A program made the translations under genes and the position numbers. This document shows, in pieces, positions 54,664-64,000 of a DNA stretch of 64,000 nt. Below the pieces are notes generated by a model. The model saw nothing but the letters and a program-made list of their open reading frames with translations. It searched no databases and was not told where the DNA came from. Origin of the DNA: an uncultured archaeon (GTDB lineage: Archaea; Thermoplasmatota; Poseidoniia; MGIII; CG-Epi1); contig CAYMDK010000001.1 of NCBI GenBank assembly GCA_964389465.1, positions 86,852 through 150,851 on the forward strand, given 5' to 3'. The stretch's first letter is position 1. Every line of letters begins with the position of its first letter.

Positions 54664-56143
54664 CATCCCACTCCATGTCGTCGCCCCGTGAGGAGCGGCG
54701 CAGCGCCACCACCACGCCAAGGATGACCAGCACGGCAACACCACCGATACCGAGGGTTGTCGTGTCGAGGTCCTGCAAGCCTTCGAACCAAGTGCCCGAG
54801 ACGAGTCCGCTATCCTCGTCCGCGACGGTCAGTGAATACTCTACCATGTTATTATCCTCGTCGGTTTCGAGGGCGTGGTTGTCCTCATCAAGTATGATGT
54901 GGAGGGTGTAACTGCCCGGACTGTCGAACGCCAGTGCGAAACTGACTACACTGCTCTCCCCGGGTGTGACAAAGGTGAAAGTGTCGTGCGCCAGCACGAG
55001 CGGGCCGTTGTTGTGGCTGTAGTAAACCACGACCGGTACCGGGTTGTATCCTATCGCAGGGTCGCCCGCAGCACGGATGGTGATGGCGACTGCGAACTGC
55101 TTGCCAGTAACGACTGTGGTCGAATTTGTCGCGCCATTGATTGAGACATCCTCCCAGCCAACATAGTTGTCAATATCACTCTGATGGACGACCAGGTAGA
55201 GCCGCTCATCGCCACTACTCTCCCACTCGTTATCCTGAATGTCGCCGCAACTCACCGTCAGATAGTAGGTATCGCTGGGCGCCTCGTCCTCATTGTAGGC
55301 CCACTCCCACTTCACCAGCAGCGACTCGTCATTCGAGTCCTCGAGCGTACCCTCCGGCACAGTGACGTGCGTACCCGAACTGGTGCCGCGCACCTCGAGT
55401 CCCCACGCTTCGAGCTGCAAATCCTCGCTACCGAAGGCAGAGAGCAGTCGTGCTTCGACCTCGACTACCTCGCGCGCGTGGTCCACCTCGATGCGCGGGA
55501 ATTCGGCGCGGAAATGGTCCAGCTCGAGCGCGATGCCGGCCGAGTGGTTCTGGCTCGAGGTCAGTATGACTATCTGGTCGCTCGAGCCCCCAATTGGTTG
55601 CCAGTCGTCACCACCCGAATACTCGAGGTCGACCCGGATGGTCTGGTCGCGGTCAATCTGGTACTCAGCATCGAGCGAGAAGCTGGTCGAGAAGTGCGAG
55701 GCGTTGTCGTTGACGGTGCGGGTCTCGGTTTCGCTCTGCAGGAATCCAGCGCCCGGTACTACTAACGTCGCACGGAACTGGACGTCCTTGACCGAGCCGG
55801 AAGTCGCCATGGCCCATATTTCGAAGGGGACCGTGCCGCGCGCGGTGGCGTTGGTGTTGAAGGCGGGGCTAAACCAGCTGCCGACATTCTCCCAGTTGCG
55901 GTTGCCAGTCACACCGAGTCGGTTTCCGCCCTGCGGGCAGTCACTCTCTGTGTCGCTGTCGCTCGTCGGCGCAGTGGTGTTGAAGTTGCCGCTGCCGCCG
56001 TCAAGGTCGCCATAGAAATAGAGGCCCAGTTCGTGGAACTGGCCGCTGCCGTAGTCCGGCTCGGCGGTGCCCACGCCGCCGTAAGGCGAGAAGAGCGACA
56101 GCAGGAACAGCAGGGCGACTGCGCAGGCCACATGCGCACGCAT
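54647..56143 (-). CDS. Secreted cell-surface protein with C-terminal TM anchor and acidic tail
   Basis: N-terminal signal peptide, beta-rich Ser/Thr/Asp-rich ectodomain. C-terminus ...[49 protein letters not shown]. Confidence 0.55.
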   Translation of the reverse strand: MRAHVACAVALLFLLSLFSPYGGVGTAEPDYGSGQFHELGLYFYGDLDGGSGNFNTTAPTSDSDTESDCPQGGNRLGVTGNRNWENVGSWFSPAFNTNATARGTVPFEIWAMATSGSVKDVQFRATLVVPGAGFLQSETETRTVNDNASHFSTSFSLDAEYQIDRDQTIRVDLEYSGGDDWQPIGGSSDQIVILTSSQNHSAGIALELDHFRAEFPRIEVDHAREVVEVEARLLSAFGSEDLQLEAWGLEVRGTSSGTHVTVPEGTLEDSNDESLLVKWEWAYNEDEAPSDTYYLTVSCGDIQDNEWESSGDERLYLVVHQSDIDNYVGWEDVSINGATNSTTVVTGKQFAVAITIRAAGDPAIGYNPVPVVVYYSHNNGPLVLAHDTFTFVTPGESSVVSFALAFDSPGSYTLHIILDEDNHALETDEDNNMVEYSLTVADEDSGLVSGTWFEGLQDLDTTTLGIGGVAVLVILGVVVALRRSSRGDDMEWDDDDEF

Positions 56144-56181
56144 AGGCGTCGCGACCCCTGACTCTCCTTTAAAGGTTCCCT

Positions 56182-56565
56182 TCAGCCGAGTGCTTTCAGC
56201 GCCGCCTTGAGGTTGGAAACCCGCGCCACCAGAATCGACTTGCGGCCCGCGGCGGAGCCATAGATGTAGTCGATATTGATGCCGGCGGCGGCCAGCTTGG
56301 TGGACGCCTCCGCCAGCGCGCCCTTCTTGTGCGGGAGCTCGATAGCAAGCACCTCGGTCACGAGGGTGTCATGGCCCATCTCCTCGAGCGCCGTGCGGGT
56401 CGCCGCCCAGTCGCTGGTCACCAGCCGCATCACGGCGTGGTCACTGGCGTCAACGACCGAGAGCGCCTGGATGTTGACGCCGGCCTCGGCCAGCGCGTCG
56501 CCTACCGCAGCCATCTGGCCGGGGCTGTTCTTCAGCATTACTGATATCTGTCGTTCCATACCCAT
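56182..56565 (-). CDS. ACT-domain protein (tandem ACT repeats)
   Basis: Two ACT-like beta-alpha-beta-beta-alpha-beta units (ISVMLKNSPGQMAAVGDALAEAGVNI ... VTEVLAIELPHKKGALAEASTKLAAAGINI). Confidence 0.7.
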   Translation of the reverse strand: MGMERQISVMLKNSPGQMAAVGDALAEAGVNIQALSVVDASDHAVMRLVTSDWAATRTALEEMGHDTLVTEVLAIELPHKKGALAEASTKLAAAGINIDYIYGSAAGRKSILVARVSNLKAALKALG

Positions 56566-56639
56566 GGTTTCACTTCCCGTTGTGGTCGGGTTGTGAGAAG
56601 TCGGTGATTTGCTTATATGGTTTTCGGCAGCGGCCGAAT

Positions 56640-57860
<1,221 letters not shown>

Positions 57861-57974
57861 CTACCAAGGGGGCTTATTTGGGCGCTGCGGCGCAGGAGTT
57901 TAAGGCCCCCTGCGGACTCGGTACGACCGAAGGGGTGGAGTGAAAACAGCAAGCATGGCTGGCTCGAGCGCGAG

Positions 57975-58175
57975 GTGGAATTCAGGGACTTCGCGGCGGC
58001 GCTGGAATTCGTCAACCGGGTCGCTGAAATTGCCGAGGAACTGAACCATCACCCCGACATCCTGCTCCACGGCTGGAACAGAGTGCGCATCACCAGCTGG
58101 AGCCACGATGTCGGAGACATTACTGACCGCGACCATGCGCTGGCTGGTCGGATTAACACCCTCATCAACGGCTGA
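57975..58175 (+). CDS. Pterin-4a-carbinolamine dehydratase (PCD/DCoH) homolog, possibly N-terminally truncated or frameshifted
   Basis: E.F..F.DF..A..FVNRVAEIAEELNHHPD...W..V.I.....D...IT..D..LA..I matches the PCD fold. The in-frame upstream sequence (GWSENSKHGWLEREVEF) continues the family alignment but has no start codon; GTG at 57975 is the first one. Confidence 0.6.
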   Translation: MEFRDFAAALEFVNRVAEIAEELNHHPDILLHGWNRVRITSWSHDVGDITDRDHALAGRINTLING

Positions 58176-58232
58176 AACCGGTTTTATCGTCGGGGGCATT
58201 GATATTTATACCATTGTGGTGCGTGCCCCTGT

Positions 58233-58376
58233 ATGACAGAAGCCTACTGTGTCAAGTGCAAGTCCAAGCGAACCATGTCCAACGCCGCCCAGGTCACCAT
58301 GAAGAACGGCCGCAAGGCGATGAAGGGCACCTGCCCTACCTGCAGCACCGGCATGTACCGCATCCTGGGAAACTAG
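58233..58376 (+). CDS. 47-aa zinc-ribbon protein (C-x2-C ... C-x2-C), not in ORF track
   Basis: MTEAYCVKCKSKRTMSNAAQVTMKNGRKAMKGTCPTCSTGMYRILGN. TATA atatttatac 22-31 nt upstream. High-GC codon bias. Confidence 0.5.
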   Translation: MTEAYCVKCKSKRTMSNAAQVTMKNGRKAMKGTCPTCSTGMYRILGN

Positions 58377-58380
58377 GACT

Positions 58381-59463
58381 TCAGATACCAGCTTCAGCCA
58401 ACTTCTCCGGCAAGTATGTGTCGGTCACGAAGTCAAGGCCATACTTGGCCAGCGCCTGCTGCTCAGCCTTGAGTCCCAGTTCCAGTTGGAGTTCTATCTC
58501 CGAGCTCCAGTAGTCATTGAGAAAACGGGGGTCGCTACGCATTGACTTCAGGGCCTGCCGGTCGCGCTCGGTGAGCTCGTCGTGCGGGAGCTCGTAATTC
58601 GAGATATCTGACGGCGTCACCCCCAAGTAGCGCGCTGTGGGGGTCGCGAGCAAGTGTGAAATGTGGGCTGTCTTGATGGCACCATATGCAATCGAGCCGT
58701 AAATGCGGTACGACCAGGGGTCGGCATCGGTAAAGATCAGGAGCGGCAAGCTTGTCTCATCACTGAGCCGTTGCAGGAATCTGCGTGTCGAGCGAGCTGG
58801 CTGTCCCTTGATGTGGACCAGGATTGCACCGTGGCTTTCGTCGAAGCCGTTCTCAACCAGCCGGTCGAACATTCCTCCCGTCTCGATGGCGATTATGCAG
58901 CGCGCGTTACCCACGTTGTTGAAAGTAATCTTCTCTGGTTCAACATTGTAGGGAATCGCGTAGCCGGTATCCCCGACATCGTCGCGGCAGTTTATGCGCA
59001 TCGGCTTGCCCTTGCGGTTAATCTCAGTCAATGTCAGGTCGCCCAGTACCTTGGCTCCATCCTCCTCGGGCCGGATCTTGAAATCCTCCCGCTGGAAATG
59101 GGTCACGATTTCGAGGTCCTCAATGAGTTTATTGGATTCGTCCTGGGTATGGAACTTGCCCAGGTCCCAGCCCTCGGAAATGTAGTAGAGCTCCCTCAGT
59201 GTCGATGATTTTTGCTGGCCAACCATGTCGCGAATGAAGTCGAGTAAATAGGTCGTGCGCAGGAGCATGTACGCCCCATCTAATTTCTTGGCCGTGCGGG
59301 TCGTCCTCGATTTCCCGTACTTCCAGACCTGCTGCTGCTGGTCGAAGATTATGTTATTCTTGCTGCGGGTGGGAAGGGTCATCTCCGGGATGTTTCCCTG
59401 GTTAAGCTGCTTGTGAATCTGGCCGGCAATCTGTTCCAGTTGCCCGATCGCGGATTGTGGCAT
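58381..59463 (-). CDS. top6A: DNA topoisomerase VI subunit A (Top6A, Spo11 homolog)
   Basis: Spo11/TopoVI-A CAP domain with catalytic Tyr region (LRELYYISEG) and toprim domain (DxD: IFTDADPWSYRI). 360 aa. Confidence 0.9.
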   Translation of the reverse strand: MPQSAIGQLEQIAGQIHKQLNQGNIPEMTLPTRSKNNIIFDQQQQVWKYGKSRTTRTAKKLDGAYMLLRTTYLLDFIRDMVGQQKSSTLRELYYISEGWDLGKFHTQDESNKLIEDLEIVTHFQREDFKIRPEEDGAKVLGDLTLTEINRKGKPMRINCRDDVGDTGYAIPYNVEPEKITFNNVGNARCIIAIETGGMFDRLVENGFDESHGAILVHIKGQPARSTRRFLQRLSDETSLPLLIFTDADPWSYRIYGSIAYGAIKTAHISHLLATPTARYLGVTPSDISNYELPHDELTERDRQALKSMRSDPRFLNDYWSSEIELQLELGLKAEQQALAKYGLDFVTDTYLPEKLAEAGI

Positions 59464-59884
59464 ATTGCCCTATTGTGTAGGTGTTTTTGAGATATTGGGG
59501 TGTTGGTGGTGGCGGGGAAGTTGACATATCACCCACTGCCGCAGATAGTAGCTGCCGTATTAGAGAGAAAAGAAGGTGGGGGGAGAGGACGTATCCCAAA
59601 TACCAAAAGGGGCGATTCTACTGTTGGAAGGGGGACGGGCGGTGTACCATTCGACAATGGAAACAATCTCAAAGAAACTATGGACATCATAAAAAGCACC
59701 GCGGGGAACTCGGGCGAGACCCCTTGATTTCGTCTGGAAAATTTTTTATCTACTTTATATATTTATCGAGAAATGTATATTATAACAAACCGTCGAATTA
59801 GAAAATCAAATTTCCAGAGGAAACAAAGGGGTTGCACAGTATACACCATGTGCATTTCTCGTTTAGACGGGTGCCTCTATTTTT

Positions 59885-61471
59885 CTACCGCACCCTGATA
59901 TCTTCAATGGGTTTCCTTTCCTGTTTGGTCGAATCGCGCTCGCGTATGGTGACGCTTCCGTCTTCCAGTGTCCGGTGGTCAATCGTTATTGCCAGCGGCA
60001 CACCGATTTCATCTGCGCGTGCGTAGCGGCGGCCAATAGAGCCAGCCGTATCGAGATAAACATCCATGCCGTTCCGGTGCAGTTCCCTATGTATTTCCTC
60101 GGCTCGAGCACCTAGGCCATCTTTAATCATCAATGGCGCGACGAGTGCAGAGTATGGGCCGACAGCTTCCGGCAGCGCTAACCAGCACCGCCCCCCCTCG
60201 GAACGCCACGTGGTTTCGAGCACAGTATAGAGCAACCGATCCAGCCCGAATGAAGGCTCGACCACCAGCGGGAATGCCAGATCTACTTCCTTGCTTGTTT
60301 CTATAATGAAATATTCCTCACCCAGTTCAACTTGCTTGCCGGCGACCTCAACCACAGTACCAGGTCCTGCACCCCCCTCCAGCAGCTCCAATACTTCACC
60401 AGCTCCGGATTTGAATTTCTTGCCGATAGATCTTTTATTCGGGGCCCAGCGCTCGACCTGTCTCGACGCGCTACCAATAGGGACACGCATTTCGCGGCCA
60501 CTGGCGACTGCGTGTGACTTGAGATCATAGTCGCCGCGATGCGCAATTCCGACCACTTCAACCCATCCAACTGATGTTTCCACCTCCCCATCCCAACAAT
60601 CAGATGAGTAGTGCGCCATTTCATGCTGGCCGTGCTGCCGGAATCTGAGCTTTGCAGGGGGCACTCCACAACTCTGGATGAATTTGCAGCTACGCGCCAG
60701 CCATGTAGCCACCTGGTGCGAAGCGATAATTCCCTTTGTGAGCATCTCGCTGACAGGGGCTTCAACGACCCCTCCACCAGCGGGCAGTAGCGAAACCACA
60801 ATCTCATTGACATCACTGAGTAAAGCCGGTTCTGCATCCGACAGGAAGAATGATTCCACCTCCATCTGGGTGAACTCCCGCAATCGCAATGGTCCCTGCC
60901 GCGGGGCAATTTCATTACGAAATGCGCGACCAACCTGCGCTGCGATTAGCGGCAGCTTCCCCCGGTTCTGGCGCAGGAGCCACGGGAAAGCTTGGAAGAT
61001 GCCCTGCGCAGTTTCCGGTCGCAAGTATCCAGCAGCACCACGTCCAGCACCAATCGAGGTGTCAAACATCAGGTTGAAGGGGCGCGGTGCGCCCAATGCA
61101 CCGCCGCACCCACATGCAATTTTTGCAATTTCTGCGACGAGCGCTTCCTTCTCGAGCCCGCTGCCCCCTTCGATGAGGTGGTCGGCACGGTGCAGTTTCT
61201 TGCACTCATTACATTCTACTAACAGGTCATCAAATTCTGAAAGGTGGCCAGATGCCTGGAAAAGCGCTTCCGGACCAATAACAGACCCCTCCAGCTCAAG
61301 CGCCCCCGTTTCGATTACGAACTGCTGGCGCCAGAGCTCGATAATTTTGCGGCGCATCCGCACCCCGATTGGACCGTAATCGAGCAGCCCAGCAACGCCA
61401 CCATATGGTTCGTAGGCGGGCTGGAAAATTCCTCGCCGCTTGGCGAGCGCCATTACTTCCTTGAAATTCAT
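59885..61471 (-). CDS. glyS: Glycine--tRNA ligase (archaeal/eukaryotic-type class II)
   Basis: Class II motifs and GlyRS-specific regions (RRGIFQPAYEPYGG, FRNEIAPRQG) with a C-terminal anticodon-binding domain. 528 aa. Confidence 0.9.
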   Translation of the reverse strand: MNFKEVMALAKRRGIFQPAYEPYGGVAGLLDYGPIGVRMRRKIIELWRQQFVIETGALELEGSVIGPEALFQASGHLSEFDDLLVECNECKKLHRADHLIEGGSGLEKEALVAEIAKIACGCGGALGAPRPFNLMFDTSIGAGRGAAGYLRPETAQGIFQAFPWLLRQNRGKLPLIAAQVGRAFRNEIAPRQGPLRLREFTQMEVESFFLSDAEPALLSDVNEIVVSLLPAGGGVVEAPVSEMLTKGIIASHQVATWLARSCKFIQSCGVPPAKLRFRQHGQHEMAHYSSDCWDGEVETSVGWVEVVGIAHRGDYDLKSHAVASGREMRVPIGSASRQVERWAPNKRSIGKKFKSGAGEVLELLEGGAGPGTVVEVAGKQVELGEEYFIIETSKEVDLAFPLVVEPSFGLDRLLYTVLETTWRSEGGRCWLALPEAVGPYSALVAPLMIKDGLGARAEEIHRELHRNGMDVYLDTAGSIGRRYARADEIGVPLAITIDHRTLEDGSVTIRERDSTKQERKPIEDIRVR

Positions 61472-62310
61472 GCCGTCAGGAGCACCTTTAGTAGGTCCTG
61501 ACAGTAAATCATTCCAGTCAACTTCCCCTCGGCATCAACCAACGGCACCTGTCCATAGTCCCCATCGAGCATTATCTGGGCAACTCCACTGGCAGGGCTG
61601 CGATAGAATGCGGTCATTACATCCTCAATCATGATTTCTTCCACTGGGACGTCTGGCAGGAAGAGTCGCCTCTCAGAATGGTAGACGCGCATGATATCGC
61701 GCAATCCATCCCATGACCATGGGTCTTCATCAGCAGCAACCCCCATTTCGGAAACCGAGACTCTTTCACTAACATCGGTTGCGTCAAACAGGTCGCGGTC
61801 GGTGACAATTCCACACAACAGCCCGCGTTTGCCAAGTACTGGCATAGCGCGCGCGCCCGAGAGCCGCATGATGCGTAGCGCAGCGCCGAGAGGGGTCAAC
61901 CGGTGGAGTGGGACGCACCCCCCCTCGAGGCAGTCCTGGACAGTCACATCTCCATTCGCTGCGACTAGTGGAAGCAGGTTGGTAGGTGTAACAATACCCA
62001 CAACCACTCCCCCTTCGATGACTGGAAGGTGATTGAAGCCAAGCTCCAGAAATTTGCGCGCGGCCGAGACAACGGTAGAATTTGGCGTCACACTCACAAC
62101 ATCTGATGTCATAATCATCGCGACCTGTTCCTCACCAGTGTTGTTGAAAATATCATTTCGGGAGACAAACCCAGCCAGTTCCATAGTCTCTTCTCTAACG
62201 ACCGGGACGCCCGAGATGTGATGCTTGATCATCAAGTGGAGCACGTCAGTGCGGTTCCCCGGCACTTCGGCGCAGATAACCGGGCTCGTCATTAACTGTT
62301 TTATCCGCAT
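61468..62310 (-). CDS. CBS-domain protein (four CBS motifs)
   Basis: Four CBS repeats (e.g. MTSPVICAEVPGNRTDVLHLMIKHHISGVPVV ...). Start taken at MRIKQLM (62310), right after the upstream stop. The end overlaps the glyS start (ATGA). Confidence 0.7.
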   Translation of the reverse strand: MRIKQLMTSPVICAEVPGNRTDVLHLMIKHHISGVPVVREETMELAGFVSRNDIFNNTGEEQVAMIMTSDVVSVTPNSTVVSAARKFLELGFNHLPVIEGGVVVGIVTPTNLLPLVAANGDVTVQDCLEGGCVPLHRLTPLGAALRIMRLSGARAMPVLGKRGLLCGIVTDRDLFDATDVSERVSVSEMGVAADEDPWSWDGLRDIMRVYHSERRLFLPDVPVEEIMIEDVMTAFYRSPASGVAQIMLDGDYGQVPLVDAEGKLTGMIYCQDLLKVLLTA

Positions 62311-63317
62311 ATAAACCTCATTTCCAGCACCCTCGCCTGCGGGTCGAATACTGCCTTTAGCGGGTTGGTCCTGTGCTGCGAAATCAGTATCCTCCCTGCT
62401 GGCAGGGGACTGCTCCGGTCGCACTTTGCTGCCTTCTTAAGGGTTTCATCCAGCCCCCGGCAGGTGAGCCGCAGCAGCGTTTCCGGCGCCACGTCAGGAA
62501 ACGCTTCGCGACAGAAGCGCAGTTCCTCCAGCATGTCGAGCGTGCAGGACATCCCATTATCGGTCCCCAGCCCGACGTCAGCCCCCAGTTCCAGAAGCTC
62601 CTCCAGCGGCGGTCGCAGCCCGAAGCGCGCGTTGCTGCGCGGGCACACCACGACGCCAATGCCGTTTCCGGCGATGGCGCGCAAATCCTCCGCGCTGGCG
62701 TGGCAGAGGTGCACCAGGATGTCCGGCCCCAGTTCGAGCATGTGCTCGACCGATTCATGCTCGCCTTCCGAGAAGTGGAGCGCCACTAGTCCACCAGCCG
62801 TGCGCGCCTCAATGACCATACGGTGTCCCTCTCCGGGCGGCAGGTCCGCGAGCCCGGGCAGCCCCGCATGGCGACCCGGCAGCGGCCGCCCCCCGATGGC
62901 GCGGCCGAAGGGGACCACCTGCGGCGCCCCCTCGTCGACGCCCCAGCCGGCGTCAGCGGCGCCCTGCCCCAGCTGCGCCAACCCCGGTTCGCCGCCCTCG
63001 CGGAAGTCGAGCAGCAGCGCAGTGCCGCTGGAGGCCGCCTCGCGCAGCCCGGCGGTAATCGAGGCGGGCACATCTGCCTCCGCCAGCCAGCGGTGCTTGA
63101 AGCCGCCCGGGCCGACCAGCTCCGCCAGCGACATGTCGGGTACCCCGTCTCGCGCCAGGGTGTCGCCGAGGTGGGTGTGGCAGTTGCGGAACGGCGGCAG
63201 AATGATGCCTTCCAGCACGTCGTCGTGCGGGGTCCCTTCCCCTTCTTCGCCGCTTTCCGGGTCGAACCAGCCGTCGACGAAACCGCCCCGCCTCAGGAGC
63301 GGGCCGGCCCAGCGCAT
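62301..63317 (-). CDS. Amidohydrolase-superfamily metal-dependent deaminase (MTA/SAH or 5'-deoxyadenosine deaminase-like)
   Basis: HxH (CHTHLGD) and downstream His/Asp metal ligands (HLCHASAE ... GLGTDNG) of the TIM-barrel amidohydrolases. Start overlaps the prs stop (TGATG). Confidence 0.7.
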   Translation of the reverse strand: MRWAGPLLRRGGFVDGWFDPESGEEGEGTPHDDVLEGIILPPFRNCHTHLGDTLARDGVPDMSLAELVGPGGFKHRWLAEADVPASITAGLREAASSGTALLLDFREGGEPGLAQLGQGAADAGWGVDEGAPQVVPFGRAIGGRPLPGRHAGLPGLADLPPGEGHRMVIEARTAGGLVALHFSEGEHESVEHMLELGPDILVHLCHASAEDLRAIAGNGIGVVVCPRSNARFGLRPPLEELLELGADVGLGTDNGMSCTLDMLEELRFCREAFPDVAPETLLRLTCRGLDETLKKAAKCDRSSPLPAGRILISQHRTNPLKAVFDPQARVLEMRFICG

Positions 63318-64000
63318 CAGAGCACGGCGGCGATGGCGGGCGCGACCGAGTAGCGGGTGTAGACGCCCTCAAGGGTGTCGGAGCTGAGGATGTCGTCGCA
63401 GACCCGCAGTCGGTTGGCGGCGTCCTCAATGAAGAGTCCATGGGTGCATGCCGCGAGCACCTGGCTGGCACCCCAGTCCTTGAGGAGCAGCGCCGCCGAT
63501 GCAATCGTCCCGCCGGTGGCGATGATATCGTCGAGTATTACGACGGTCTCCCCCTTGACTGAAATTTTGCCCGAGTCGGTCTCGACCGTGCGGTCGTCCA
63601 GCCGTTTCTTGCTCATGACGTGCAGCGGTGCCTTCAGTTCGCGGGCGGCGATGCCGCACCGCTCGCGCGCCCCCTCGTCGGGAGCGACGACCAGCCCTGG
63701 CGAGAATCCTTTCAGGTAGTGCACTACTTCACGCAGCCCATCGATGTCTTCGGCGGGACAACCAAAGAAGTCGAGCACTTCCGGTGTGTGGACCGAGACT
63801 GTTAGGACCCGGTCACTACGCATCCCGATTGGCCGTGCCACGGCATGGGCGGAAATCGCCTCGCCCTCCTGGAAGATGCGCTCCTGCCGCGCGTAGCCCA
63901 TATAGGGGATGACGGTCGTCACCGACGCGGCCCCAGCTTCATGGATGGCCTCGAGCAGCAGCAGCAGCTCGACAATTTTTTCGTCGGGGAAAGTGTTCTG
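63317..64000 (-). CDS. prs: Ribose-phosphate pyrophosphokinase (PRPP synthetase), C-terminal part; N-terminus beyond window end
   Basis: PRPP-binding loop VILDDIIATGGTIASAA and the Prs core. The frame is open to the window edge. Confidence 0.85.
   Translation of the reverse strand, partial: QNTFPDEKIVELLLLLEAIHEAGAASVTTVIPYMGYARQERIFQEGEAISAHAVARPIGMRSDRVLTVSVHTPEVLDFFGCPAEDIDGLREVVHYLKGFSPGLVVAPDEGARERCGIAARELKAPLHVMSKKRLDDRTVETDSGKISVKGETVVILDDIIATGGTIASAALLLKDWGASQVLAACTHGLFIEDAANRLRVCDDILSSDTLEGVYTRYSVAPAIAAVL

Noticed and set aside
59464-59884. Replication origin in the AT-rich glyS-top6A spacer
   Set aside because: No orc1/cdc6 gene adjacent and no ORB/mini-ORB inverted repeats detectable by eye. 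AT-richness alone is insufficient.

Overview
High-GC (about 65-70% GC) archaeal chromosomal segment. The archaeal assignment rests on TBP, aIF-5A, aIF-5B/IF2, RadA, an RPA41/RPA32-like pair, topoisomerase VI subunit A, an archaeal-type GlyRS, archaeosine tRNA-guanine transglycosylase and archaeal phosphopantothenate synthetase. The gene content fits a heterotrophic planktonic euryarchaeote, possibly Marine Group II-like: a fatty-acid beta-oxidation operon, methylmalonyl-CoA epimerase, an OPT transporter, a metzincin protease and very large cell-surface proteins. That lineage guess is an inference.

Genes are densely packed. Many are preceded by a TATA box 20-30 nt upstream of the start codon, which implies leaderless transcripts, and GTG/TTG start codons are common. 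Six tRNA genes are dispersed through the window (Pro-CGG, Arg-TCT, Ser-GCT, Ala-GGC, Ser-CGA, Glu-CTC).

Two clearly low-GC islands (about 42-50% GC) lie next to tRNA-Ser(CGA) and tRNA-Glu. Island 1 carries a beta-lactamase-like serine hydrolase and a cysteine-dioxygenase-like cupin, and is flanked by a direct repeat of the tRNA 3' end. Island 2 carries a phosphopantothenate synthetase and a 982-aa FG-GAP/Ig-repeat surface protein.

The most unusual items are:
- A gene divergent from rpa that encodes an SSB-like OB-fold fused to an RGG box and three CCHC zinc knuckles, built on a near-perfect 3x78-bp tandem DNA repeat.
- A tightly coupled rpa - RPA32-like - 41-aa micro-ORF - radA cluster.
- An operon of a small acidic protein plus three consecutive KaiC/RecA-like ATPase paralogs, two of them with a degenerate Walker A motif.
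- A 2350-aa surface protein with an embedded cupredoxin (type-1 copper) domain.
- A shared C-terminal sorting-signal-like tail on several surface proteins.

No CRISPR arrays, transposases or integrases were seen.
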